From the human T2T-CHM13v2.0 reference genome, Homo sapiens, in assembly GCF_009914755.1 (NCBI RefSeq), contig NC_060925.1: a stretch of 64,000 nt of DNA. One strand, 5' to 3'. Shown here piece by piece: positions 15,301 through 30,300 of this stretch. Both the position numbers and the translations under genes were made by a program. Numbering within the stretch: position 1 is the first letter of the stretch; each line of letters opens with the position of its first letter. The notes below the pieces were generated by a model, which saw nothing but the letters and a program-made list of their open reading frames with translations, had not been told where the DNA came from and made no database searches.

Positions 15301-18300
15301 ATGGAATCAACATCGAATGGAATCGAATGGAAACTCCATCGAATTGAATCGAACGGAATTATCATGAAATTGAAATGGATGGACTCATCATCGAATGGAT
15401 TTGAATGGAATCATCGAATGAAATTGATTGAAATCATCATCAAATGGAATCGAATGGAATCGAATGGAATCATCATCAGATGGAAATGAATGGAATCATC
15501 ATAGAATGGAATCGAATGGATTCATTGAATGGAATCAGATGGAATCATCGAATGGACTTGAATGGAATCATTGAATGGACTCGAATGGAATCATTATTGA
15601 ATGGACTGAATGGAATCATCGAATGGTCTCGAATGGAATCATTATCAAATGGAATCGAATGGAATCACCGAATAGAATCGAATGGAACAATCATCGAATG
15701 GACTCAAATGGAATTATCCTCAATTGGAATCGAATGGAATTATCGAATGCAATCAAATGGAATAATCGAATGCAATCGAATAGAATCATCAAATGGACTT
15801 GAAAGGAATCATCGATTGAAATAGAATGGAATAGTAAATGACCTCGAATGGAATCATCATTGAATGGAATCATCGAGTGGAATCGAATGGAATCATGATC
15901 AAATGGAATCGAAAGTAATCATCATGAAATGGAATCAAAATAACCATCATCAATTGGTATTGAATGGAATTGTCATCAAACGGAATTCAAAGGAATCATC
16001 ATCAAATGGAACCGAATGGAATCCTCACTGAATGGAAATGAAAGGAGTCATCATCTAATGGAATCGCATGGAATCATCACCAAATGGAATCGAATGGAAT
16101 CATCATCAAATGGAATCTAATGGAATCATTGAACGGAATTGAATGGAATCGTCATCGAATGAATTCAATGCAATCAACGAATGGTCTCGAATGGAACCAC
16201 CTCCAAATGGAATGGAATGGAATCATCGCATAGAATCGAATGGAATTATCATCGCATGGACCCGAATGGAATCAACATCAAACAGAATCAAACGGAATTA
16301 TCGAATGGAATCGAAGAGAATCATCGAACGGACTCGAATGGAATCATCTAATGGAATGGAATGGAAGAATCCATGGACTCGAATGCAATCATCATCGAAT
16401 GGAATCGAATGGAATCATCGAATGGACTCGAATGGAATAATCATTGAACGGAATCGAATGGAATCATCATCGGATGGAAACGAATGGAATCATCAAATGG
16501 AATCAGATGGAATCATCATCAAATGGAATCGAATAGAATTATGGAATGAAATCCATTGTGATCATCATCGAATGGACTCGAATGGAATCATCATCCAATG
16601 GAAACTAATGGAATCAACATCGAATGGAATCGAATGGAAACTCCATCGAATTGAAACGAATGGAATTATCATGAAATTGAAATGGATGGACTCATCATCG
16701 AATGGATTCGAATGGAATCATCGAATGAAATTGATTGAAATCATCATCAAATGGAATCGAATGGAATCATTGAATGGAATCATCATCAGATGGAAATGAA
16801 TGGAATCATCATAGAATGGAATCGAATGGATTCATTGAATGGAATCAGATGGAATCATCGAATGGACTTGAATGGAATCATTGAATGGACTCGAATGGAA
16901 TCATTATTGAATGGAATTGAATGGAATCTTCGAATGGTCTCGAATGGAATCATTATCAAATGGAATCCAATGGAATCACCGAATAGAATCGAATGGAACA
17001 ATCATCGAATGGACTCAAATGGAATTATCCTCAAATGGAATCGAATGGAATTATCGAATGCAATCGAATGGAATAATCGAATGCAATCGAATAAAATCAT
17101 CGAATGGACTTGAAAGGAATCATCGATTGAAATGGAATGGAATAGTCAATGAACTCGAATGGAATAATCATTGAATGGAATCATTGAGTGGAATCGAATG
17201 GAATCATGATCAAATGGAATCGAATGTAATTATCATCAAATGGAATCAAAAATAACCATCATCAATTGGTATTGAATGGAATTGTCATCAAAAGGAATTC
17301 AAAGGAATCATCATCAAATGGAACCGAATGGAATCCTCAGTGAATGGAAATGAAAGGAGTCATCATCTAATGGAATCGCATGGAATCATCATCAAATGGA
17401 ATCGAATGGAATCATCATCAAATGGAATCTAATGGAATCATTGAACGGAATTGAATGGAATCGTCATCGAATGAATTGAATGCAATCAACGAATGGTCTC
17501 GAATGGAACCACATCCAAATGGAATGGAATGGAATCATCGCATAGAATCGAATGGAATTATCATCGAATGGACCCGAATGGAATCAACATCAAACGGAAT
17601 CAAACGGAATTATCGAATGGAATCGAAGAGAATCATCGAGCGGACTCGAATGGAATCATCTAATGGAATGGAATGGAAGAATCCGTGGACTCGAATGCAA
17701 TCATCATCGAATGGAATCGAATGGAATCATCATCGGATGGAAACGAATGGAATCATCATCGAATGGAATCGAATGGGATCATCAAATGGAATCAGATGGA
17801 ATCATCATCAAATGGAATCGAATAGAATTATGGAATGAAATCCAATGTGATCATCATTGAATGGACTCGAATGGAATCATCATCCAATGGAAACTAATGG
17901 AATCAACATCGAATGGAATCGAATGGAAACACCATCGAATTGAAACGAATGGAATTATCATGAAATTGAAATGGATGGACTCATCATCGAATGGATTCGG
18001 ATGGAATCATCGAATGAAATTGATTGAAATCATCATCAAATGGAATCGAAAGGAATCATTGAATGGAATCGAATGGAATCATCATCAGATGGAAATGAAT
18101 GGAATCATCATAGAATGGAATCGCATGGATTCATTGAATGGAATCAGATGGAATCATCGAATGGACTTGAATGGAATCGTTGAATGGACTCGAATGGAAT
18201 CATTATTGAATGGAATTGAATAGAATCATCGAATGGTCTCGAATGGAATCATTATCAAATGAAGTCGAATGGAATCACCGAATAGAATCGAATGGAACAA

Positions 18301-21300
18301 TCATCGAATGGACTCAAATGGAATTATCTTCAAAGGGAATCAAATGGATTTATCGAATGCAATCGAATTTTATTATCGAATGCAATCGAATAGAATCATC
18401 GAATGGACTCGAATGGAATCATCGAATGGAATGCAATGGATTAATCCATGGACTTGAATTCAATCACCATCGAATACAATCGAATGGAGTCATTGAATCG
18501 ACTCAAATGGAATAATCATTGAATGGAATCGAATGGAATCATCGAGTGGAATCGAATGGAATCATGATCAAATGGAATCGAATGTAATCATCATCAAATG
18601 GAATCAAAAATAAACATCATCAATTGGTATTGAATGGAATTGTCATCAAATGGAATTCAAAGGAATCATCATCAAATGGAACCGAATGGAATCCTCATTG
18701 AATGGAAATGAAAGGAGTCATCATCTAATGGAATCGCATGGAATCATCACCAAATGGAATCGAATGGAATCATCATCAAATGGAATCTAATGGAATCATT
18801 GAACGGAATTGAATGGAATCGTCATCGAATGAATTGAATGCAATCAATGAATGGTCTCGAATGGAACCACATCCAAATGGAATGGAATGGAATCATCGCA
18901 TAGAATCGAATGGAATTATCATCGAATGGACTCGAATGGAATCAACATCAAACGGAATCAAACAGAATTATCGAATGGAATCGAAGAGAATCATCGAATG
19001 GACTCGAATGGAATCATCTAATGGAATAGAATGGAAGAATCCATGGACTCGAATGCAATCATCATCGAATGGAATCGAATGGAATCATCGAATGGACTCG
19101 AATGGAATAATCATTGAACGGAATCGAATGGAATCATCATCGGATGGAAACGAATGGAATCATCAAATGGAATCAGATGGAATCATCATCAAATGGAATC
19201 GAATAGAATTATGTTATGAAATCCAATGTGATCATCATTGAATGGACTCGAATGGAATCATCATCCAATGGAAACTAATGGAATCAACATCGAATGGAAT
19301 CGAATGGAAACACCATCGAATTGAAACGAATGGAATTATCATGAAATTGAAATGGATGGACTCATCATCGAATGGATTCGAATGGAATCATCGAATGAAA
19401 TTGATTGAAATCATCATCAAATGGAATCGAAAGGAATCATTGAATGGAATCGAATGGAATCATCATCAGATGGAAATGAATGGAATCATCATAGAATGGA
19501 ATCGCATGGATTCATTGAATGGAATCAGATGGAATCATCGAATGGACTTGAATGGCTTCGTTGAATGGACTCGAATGGAATCATTATTGAATGGAATTGA
19601 ATAGAATCATCGAATGGTCTCGAATGGAATCATTATCAAATGAAGTCGAATGGAATCACCGAATAGAATCGAATGGAACAATCATTGAATGGACTCAAAT
19701 GGAATTATCTTCAAATGGAATCAAATGGATTTATCGAATGCAATCGAATTTAATTATCGAATGCAATCGAATAGAATCATCGAATGGACTCGAATGGAAT
19801 CATCGAATGGAATGCAATGGATTAATCCATGGACTCGAATTCAATCACCATCGAATACATTCGAATGGAGTCATTGAATCGACTCAAATGGAATAATCAT
19901 TGATTGGAATCGAATGGAATCATCGAGTGGAATCGAATGGAATCATGATGAAATGGAATCGAATGTAATCATCATCAAATGGAATCAAAAATAAACATCA
20001 TCAATTGGTATTGAATGGAATTGTCATCAAATGGAATTCAAAGGAATCATCATCAAATGGAACCGAAAGGAATCCGCATTGAATGGAAATGAAAGGAGTC
20101 ATCATCTAATGGAATCGCATGGAATCTTCATCAAATGGAATCGAATGGAATCATCATCAAATGGAATCTAATGGAATCATTGAACGGAATTGAATGGAAT
20201 CGTCATCGAATGAATTGAATGCAATCATCGAATGGTCTCGAATGGAACCACCTCCAAATGGAATGGAATGGAATCATCACATAGAATCGAATGGAATTAT
20301 CATCGAATGGACTCGAATGGAATCAACATCAAACAAAATCAAACGGAATTATCGAATTGAATCGAAGAGAATCATCGAATGGACTGGAATGGAATCATCT
20401 AATGGAATGGAATGGAAGAATCCATGGTCTCGAATGCAATCATCATCGAATGGAATCGAATGGAATCATCGAATGGACACGAATGGAATAATCATTGAAC
20501 GGAATCGAATGGAATCATCATCGGATGGAAACGAATGGAATCATCAAATGGAATCAGATGGAATCATCATCAAATGGAATCGAATAGAATTATGGAATGA
20601 AATCCATTGTGATCATCATCGAATGGACTCGAATGGAATCATCATCCAATGGAAACTAATGGAATCAACATCGAATGGAATCGAATGGAAACACCATCGA
20701 ATTGAAACGAATGGAATTATCATGAAATTGAAATGGATGGACTCATCATCGAATGGATTCGAATGGAATCATCGAATGAAATTGATTGAAATCATCATCA
20801 AATGGAATCGAATGGAATCATTGAATGGAATCATCATCAGATGGAAATGAATGGAATCATCATAGAATGGAATCAAATGGATTCATTGAATGGAATCAGA
20901 TGGAATCATCGAATGGACTTGAATGGAATCATTGAATGGACTCGAATGGAATCATTATTGAATGGAAGTGAATGGAATCATCGAATGGTCTCGAATGGAA
21001 TCATTATCAAATGGAATCGAATGGAATCACCGAATAGAATCGAATGGAACAATCATCGAATGGACTCAAATGGAATTATCCTCAAATGGAATCGAATGGA
21101 ATTATCGAATGCAATCGAATGGAATAATCGAATGCAATCGAATAGAATCATCGAATGGACTTGAAAGGAATCATCGATTGAAATGGAATGGAATAGTCAA
21201 TGAACTCGAATGGAATCATCATTGAATGGAATCATCGAATGGAATCGAATGGAATCATGATCAAATGGAATCGAAAGTAATCATCATCAAATGGAATCAA

Positions 21301-24300
21301 AAATAACCATCATCAATTGGTATTGAATGGAATTGTCATCAAACGGAATTCAAAGGAATCATCATCAAATGGAACCGAATGGAATCCTCATTGAATGGAA
21401 ATGAAAGGAGTCATCATCAAATGGAATCGCATGGAATCATCATCAAATTGAATCGAATGGAATCATCATCAAATGGAATCTAATGGAATCATTGAACGGA
21501 ATTGAATGGAATCGTCATCGAATGAATTGAATGCAATCAACGAATGGTCTCGAAAGGAACCACATCCAAATGGAATGGATTGGAATCATCGCATAGAATC
21601 GAATGGAATTATCATCGAATGGACCCGAATGGAATCAACATCAAACGGAATCAAACGGAATTATCGAATGGAATCGAAGAGAATCATCGAACGGACTCGA
21701 ATGGAATCATCTAATGGAATGGAATGGAAGAATCCATGGACTCGAATGCAATCATCATCGAATGGAGTCGAATGGAATCATCGAATGGACTCGAATGGAA
21801 TAATCATTGAACAGAATCGAATGGAATCATCATCGGATGGAAACGAATGGAATCATCATCGAATGGAATCGAATGGGATCATCAAATGGAATCAGATGGA
21901 ATCATCAACAAATGGAATCGAATAGAATTATGGAATGAAATCCAATGTGATCATCATCGAATGGACTCGAATGGAATCATCATCCAATGGAAACTAATGG
22001 AATCAACATCGAATGGAATCGAATGGAAACACCATCGAATTGAAACGAATGGAATTATCATGAAATAGAAATGGATGGACTCATCATCGAATGGATTCGA
22101 ATGGAATCATTGATCGAAATTGATTGAAATCATCATCAAATGGAATCGAATGGAATCATTGAATGGAAACGAATGGAATCATCATCAGATGGAAATTAAT
22201 GGAATCATCATAGAATGGAATCGAATGGATTCATTGAATGGAATCAGATGGAATCATCGAATGGACTTGAATGGAATCATTGAATGGACTCGAATGGAAT
22301 CATTATTGAATGGAATTGAATGGAATCATCGAATGGTCTCGAATGGAATCATTATCAAATGGAATCGAATGGAATCACCGAATAGAATCGAATGGAACAA
22401 TCATCGAATGGACTCAAATGGAATTATCCTCAAATGGAATTGAATGGAATTATCGAATGCAATCGAATGGAATAATCGAATGCAATCGAATAGAATCATC
22501 GAATGGACTTGAAAGGAATCATCGATTGAAATGGAATGGAATAGTCAATGAACTCGAATGGAATCATCATTGAATGGAATCATCGAGTGGAATCGAATGG
22601 AATCATGATCAAATGGAATCGAAAGTAATCACCATCAAATGGAATCAAAATAACCATCATCAATTGGTATTGAATGGAATTGTCATCAAACGGAATTCAA
22701 AGGAATCATCATCAAATGGAACCGAATGGAATCCTCATTGAATGGAAATGAAAGGAGTCATCATCTAATGGAATCGCATGGAATCATCATCAAATGGAAT
22801 TGAATGGAATCATCATCAAATGGAATCTAATGGAATCATTGAACGGAATTGAATGGAATCGTCATCAAATGAATTGAATGTAATCAACGAATGGTCTCGA
22901 ATGGAACCATCTCCAAATGGAATGGAATGGAATCATTGCATAGAATCGAATGGAATTATCATTGAATGGACTCGAATGGAATCAACATCAAACGGAATCA
23001 AACGGAATTATCGAATGGAATCGAAGAGAATCATCGAACGGACTCGAATGGAATCATCTAATGGAATGGAATGGAAGAATTCATGGACACGAATGCAATC
23101 ATCATCGAATGGAATCGAATGGAATCATCGAATGGACTCGAATGGAATAATCATTGAACGGAATCGAATGGAATCATCATCGGATGGAAACGAATGGAAT
23201 CATCATCGAATGGAATCGAATGGGATCATCAAATGGAATCAGATGGAATCATCATCAAATGGAATCCAATAGAATTATGGAATGAAATCCAATGTGATCA
23301 TCATTGAATGGACTCGAATAGAATCATCATCCAATGGAAACTAATTGAATCAACATCGAATGGAATCGAATGGAAACACCATCGAATTGAAACGAATGGA
23401 ATTATCATGAAATTGAAATGGATGGACTCATCATCGAATGGATTCGAATGGAATCATCGAATGAAATTGATTGAAATCATCATCAAATGGAATCGAAAGG
23501 AATCATTGAATGGAATCGAATGGAATCATCATCAGATGGAAATGAATGGAATCATCATAGAATGGAATCGCATGGATTCATTGAATGGAATCAGATGGAA
23601 TCATCGAATGGACTTGAATGGAATCGTTGAATGGACTCGAATGGAATCATTATTGAATGGAATTGAATAGAATCATCGAATGCTCTCGAATGGAATCATT
23701 ATCAAATGAAGTCGAATGGAATCACCGAATAGAATCGAATGGAACAATCATCGAATGGACTCAAATGGAATTATCCTCAAATGGAATCAAATGGATTTAT
23801 CGAATGCAATCGAATGGAATTATCGAATGCAATCGAATAGAATCATCGAATGGACTCAAATGGAATCATCGAATGGAATGCAATGGATTAATCCATGGAC
23901 TCGAATTCAATCACCATCGAATACAATCGAATGGAGTCATCGAATCGACTCAAATGGAATAATCATTGAATGGAATCGAATGGAATCATCGAGTGGAATC
24001 GAATGGAATCATGATCAAATGGAATCGAATGTAATCATCATCAAATGGAATCAAAAATAAACATCATCAATTGGTATTGAATGGAATTGTCATCAAATGG
24101 AATTCAAAGGAATCATCATCAAATGGAACCGAATGGAATCCTCATTGAATGGAAATGAAAGGAGTCATCATCCAATGGAATCACATGGAATCATCATCAA
24201 ATGGAATCGAATGGAATCATCATCAAATGGAATCTAATGGAATCATTGAACGGAATTCAATGGAATCGTCATCGAATGAATTGAATGCAATCAACGAATG

Positions 24301-27300
24301 GTCTCGAAGGTACCACCTCCAAATGGAAAGGAATGGAATCATCGCATAGAATCGAATGGAATTATCATTGAATGGACTCGAATGGAATCAACATCAAACA
24401 GAATCAAACGGAATTATCGAATGGAATCGAAGAGAATCATCGAATGGACTCGAATGGAATCATCTAATGGAATGGAATGGAAGAATCCATGGTCTCGAAT
24501 GCAATCATCATCGAATGGAATCGAATGGAATCATAGAATGGACTCGAATGGAATAATCATTGAACGGAATCGAATGGAATCACCATCGGATGGAAAAGAA
24601 TGGAATCATCAAATGGAATCAGATGGAATCATCATCAAATGGAATCGAATAGAATTATGGAATGAAATCCATTGTGATCATCATCGAATGGACTCGAATG
24701 GAATCATCATCCAATGGAAACTAATGGAATCAACATCGAATGGAATCGAATGGAAACTCCATCGAATTGAAACGAATGGAATTATGAAATTGAAATGGAT
24801 GGAATCATCATCGAATGGATTCGAATGGAATCATCGAATGAAATTGATTGAAATCATCATCAAATGGAATCAAATGGAATCATTGAATGGAATCGAATGG
24901 AATCATCATCAAATGGAAATGAATGGAATCATCATAGAATGGAATCGAATGGATTCATTGAATGGAATCAGATGGAATCATCGAATGGACTTGAATGGAA
25001 TCATTGAATGGACTCGAATGGAATCATTGAATGGACTCGAATGGAATCATTATGGAATGGAATTGAATGGAATCATCGAATGGTCTCGAATGGAATCATT
25101 ATCAAATGGAATCGAATGGAATCACCGAATAGAATCGAATGGAACAATCATCGAATGGACTCAAATGGAATTATCCTCAAAAGGAATCGAATGGAATTAT
25201 CGAATGCAATCGAATGGAATAATCGAATGCAATCGAATAGAATCATCGAATGGACTTGAAAGGAATCATCGATTGAAATGGAATGGAATAGTCAATGAAC
25301 TCGAATGGAATCATCACTGAATGGAATCATCGAGTGGAATCGAATGGAATCATGATCAAATGGAATCGAAAGTAATCATCATCAAATGGAATCAAAATAA
25401 CCATCATCAATTGGTATTGAATGGAATTGTCATCAAACGGAATTCAAAGGAATCATCATCAAATGGAACCGAATGGAATCCTCATTGAATGGAAATGAAA
25501 GGAGTCATCCTCTAATGGAATCGCATGGAATCATCATCAAATGGAATCGAATGGAATCATCATCAAATGGAATCTAATGGAATCATTGAACGGAATTGAA
25601 TGGAATCGTCATCGAATGAATTGAATGCAATCAACGAATGGTCTCGAATGGAACCATCTCCAAATGGAATGGAATGGAATCATCGCATAGAATCGAATGG
25701 AATTATCATCGAATGGACTCGAATGGAATCAACATCAAACGGAATCAAACGGAATTATCGAATGGAATCGAAGAGAATCATCGAACGGACTCGAATGGAA
25801 TCATCTAATGGAATGGAATGGAAGAATCCATGGACTCGAATGCAATCATCATCGAATGGAATCGAATGGAATCATCGAATGGACTCTAATGGAATAACCA
25901 TTGAACGGAATCGAATGGAATCATCATCGGATGGAAACGAATGGAATCATCATCGAATGGAATCGAATGGGATCATCAAATGGAATCAGATGGAATCATC
26001 ATCAAATGGAATCCAATAGAATTATGGAATGAAATCCAATGTGATTATCATTGAATGGACTCGAATGGAATTATCATCCAATGGAAACTAATGGAATCAA
26101 CATCGAATGGAATCGAATGGAAACTCCATCGAATTGAAACGAATGGAATTATCATGAAATTGAAATGGATGGACTCATCATCGAATGGATTCGAATGGAA
26201 TCATCGAATGAAATTGATTGAAATCATCATCAAATGGAATCGAAGGAATCATTGAATGGAATCGAATGGAATCATCATCAGATGGAAATGAATGGAATCA
26301 TCATAGAATGGAATCGAATGGATTCATTGAATGGAATCAGATGGAATCATCGAAAGGACTTGAATGGAATCATTGAATGGACTCGAATGGAATCATTATG
26401 GAATGGAATTGAATGGAATCATCGAATGGTCTCGAATGGAATCATTATCAAATGGAATCGAATGGAATCGCCGAATAGAATCGAATGGAACAATCATCGA
26501 ATGGACTCAAATGGAATTATCCTCAAATGGAATCGAATGGAATTATCGAATGCAATCGAATGGAATAATCGAATGCAATCGAATAGAATCATCGAATGGA
26601 CTTGAAAGGAATCATCGATTGAAATGGAATGCAATAGTCAATGAACTCGAATGGAATCATCATTGAATGGAATCATCGAGTGGAATCGAATGGAATCATG
26701 ATCAAATGGAATCGAAAGTAATCATCATCAAATGGAATCAAAAATAACCATCGTCAATTGGTATTGAATGGAATTGTCATCAAACGGAATTCAAACGAAT
26801 CATCATCAAATGGAACCGAATGGAATCCTCATTGAATGGAAATGAAAGGAGTCATCATCTAATGGAATCGCATGGAATCATCATCAAATGGAATCGAATG
26901 GAATCATCATCAAATGGAATCTAATGGAATCATTGAACGGAATTGAATGGAATCGTCATCGAATGAATTGAATGCAATCAACGAATGGTCTCGAATGGAA
27001 CCACATCCAAATGGAATGGAATGGAATCATCGCATAGAATCGAATGGAATTATCATCGAATGGACCCGAATGGAATCAACATCAAACGGAATCAAACGGA
27101 ATTATCGAATGGAATCGAAGATAATCATCGAAGGGACTCAAATGGAATCATCTAAAGGAATGGAATGGAAGAATCCATGGACTCGAATGCAATCATCATC
27201 GAATGGAATCGAATGGAATCATCGAATGGACTCGAATGGAATAATCATTGAACGGAATCGAATGAATCATCATCGGATGGAAACGAATGGAATCATCATC

Positions 27301-27540
27301 GAATGGAATCGAATGGGATCATCAAATGGAATCAGATGGAATCATCATCAAATGGAATCGAATAGAATTATGGAATGAAATCCAATGTGATCATCATTGA
27401 ATGGACTCGAATGGAATCATCATCCAATGGAAACTAATGGAATCAACATCGAATGGAATTGAATGGAAACACCATCGAATTGAAACGAATGGAATTATCA
27501 TGAAATTGAAATGGATGGACTCATCATTGAATGGATTCGA

Positions 27541-30300
27541 ATGGAATCATCGAATGAAATTGATTAAAATCATCATCAAATGGAATCGAAAGGAATCATT
27601 GAATGGAATCGAATGGAATCATCATCAGATGGAAATGAATGGAATCATCATAGAATGGAATTGCATGGATTCATTGAATGGAATCCGATGGAATCATCGA
27701 ATGGGCTTGAATGGAATCGTTGAATGGACACGAATGGAATCATTATTGAATGGAATTGAATAGAATCATCGAATGGTCTCGAATGGAATCATTATCAAAT
27801 GAAGTCGAATGGAATCACCGAATAGAATAGAATGGAACAATCATCGAATGGACTCAAATGGAATTATCCTCAAATGGAATCAAATGGATTTATCGAAAGC
27901 AATCGAATGGAATTATCGAATGCAATTGAATAGAATCATCGAATGGACTCGAATGGAATCATCGAATGGAATGCAATGGATTAATCCATGGACTCGAATT
28001 CAATCACCATCGAATACAACCGAATGGAGTCATTGAATCGACTCAAATGGAATAATCATTGAATGGAATCGAATGGAATCATCGAGTGGAATCGAATGGA
28101 ATCATGATCAAATGGAATCGAATGTAATCATCATCAAATGGAATCAAAAATAAACATCATCAATTGGTATTGAATGGAATTGTCATCAAATGGAATTCAA
28201 AGGAATCATCATCAAATGGAACCGAATGGAATCCTCATTGAATGGAAATGAAAGGAGTCATCATCTAATGGAATCACATGGAATCATCATCAAATGGAAT
28301 CGAATGGAATCATCATCAAATGGAATCTAATGGAATCATTGAACGGAATTCAATGGAATCGTCATCGAATGAATTGAATGCAATCAACGAATGGTCTCGA
28401 AGGAACCACCTCCAAATGGAAAGGAATGGAATCATCGCATAGAATCGAAAGGAATTATCATTGAATGGACTCGAATGGAATCAACATCAAACAGAATCAA
28501 ACGGAATTATCGAATGGAATCGAAGAGAATCATCGAATGGACTCGAATGGAATCATCTAATGCAATGGAATGGAAGAATCCATGGTCTCGAATGCAATCA
28601 TCATCGAATGGAATCGAATGGAATCATAGAATGGACTCGAATGGAATAATCATTGAACGGAATCGAATGGAATCACCATCGGATGGAAAAGAATGGAATC
28701 ATCAAATGGAATCAGATGGAATCATCATCAAATGGAATCGAATAGAATTATGGAATGAAATCCATTGTGATCATCATCGAATGGACTCGAATGGAATCAT
28801 CATCCAATGGAAACTAATGGAATCAACATCGAATGGAATCGAATGGAAACTCCATCGAATTGAAACGAATGGAATTATCATGAAATTGAAATGGATGGAA
28901 TCATCATCGAATGGATTCGAATGGAATCATCGAATGAAATTGATTGAAATCATCATCAAATGGAATCGAAAGGAATCATTGAATGGAATCGAATGGAATC
29001 ATCATCAGATGGAAATGAATGGAATCATCATAGAATGGAATTGCATGGATTCATTGAATGGAATCAGATGTAATCATCGAATGGGCTTGAATGGAATCGT
29101 TGAATGGACACGAATGGAATCATTATTGAATGGAATTGAATAGAATCATCGAATGGTCTCGAATGGAATCATTATCAAATGAAGTCGAATGGAATCACCG
29201 AATAGAATAGAATGGAACAATCATCGAATGGACTCAAATGGAATTATCCTCAAATGGAATCAAATGGATTTATCGAAAGCAATCGAATGGAATTATCGAA
29301 TGCAATTGAATAGAATCATCGAATGGACTCGAATGGAATCATCGAATGGAATGCAATGGATTAATCCATGGACTCGAATTCAATCACCATCGAATACAAC
29401 CGAATGGAGTCATTGAATCGACTCAAATGGAATAATCATTGAATGGAATCGAATGGAATCATCGAGTGGAATCGAATGGAATCATGATCAAATGGAATCG
29501 AATGTAATCATCATCAAATGGAATCAAAAATAAACATCATCAATTGGTATTGAATGGAATTGTCATCAAATGGAATTCAAAGGAATCATCATCAAATGGA
29601 ACCGAATGGAATCCTCATTGAATGGAAATGAAAGGAGTCATCATCTAATGGAATCACATGGAATCATCATCAAATGGAATCGAATGGAATCATCATCAAA
29701 TGGAATCTAATGGAATCATTGAACGGAATTCAATGGAATCGTCATCGAATGAATTGAATGCAATCAACGAATGGTCTCGAAGGAACCACCTCCAAATGGA
29801 AAGGAATGGAATCATCGCATAGAATCGAAAGGAATTATCATTGAATGGACTCGAATGGAATCAACATCAAACAGAATCAAACGGAATTATCGAATGGAAT
29901 CGAAGAGAATCATCGAATGGACTCGAATGGAATCACCTAATGCAATGGAATGGAAGAATCCATGGTCTCGAATGCAATCATCATCGAATGGAATCGAATG
30001 GAATCACAGAATGGACTCGAATGGAATAATCATTGAACGGAATCGAATGGAATCACCATCGGATGGAAAAGAATGGAATCATCAAATGGAATCAGATGGA
30101 ATCATCATCAAATGGAATCGAATAGAATTATGGAATGAAATCCATTGTGATCATCATCGAATGGACTCGAATGGAATCATCATCCAATGGAAACTAATGG
30201 AATCAACATCGAATGGAATCGAATGGAAACTCCATCGAATTGAAACGAATGGAATTATCATGAAATTGAAATGGATGGAATCATCATCGAATGGATTCGA
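27541..30300 (+). repeat. Recent tandem duplication, period 1380 bp
   Basis: 27541-28920 and 28921-30300 match line by line. They share the rare variants atgggcttg, aatagaatag, tatcgaaagc, tgcaattg, atacaaccg and atcgaaaggaatt. I count about five differences by eye. Confidence 0.9.

Noticed and set aside
15691-15873. Minus-strand ORFs (also 61025-61210) as a sign of inversion or an antisense gene
   Set aside because: The + strand remains GAATG-oriented there. These ORFs arise from point changes that remove stop codons.
24298-25320. Longest ORF (340 aa) and similar 250-300 aa ORFs as protein-coding genes
   Set aside because: These are low-complexity translations of the pentamer repeat. The 340-aa length depends on a chance 23-bp insertion shifting the frame. 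Stops and frameshifts vary freely between copies, and there is no recognisable domain.
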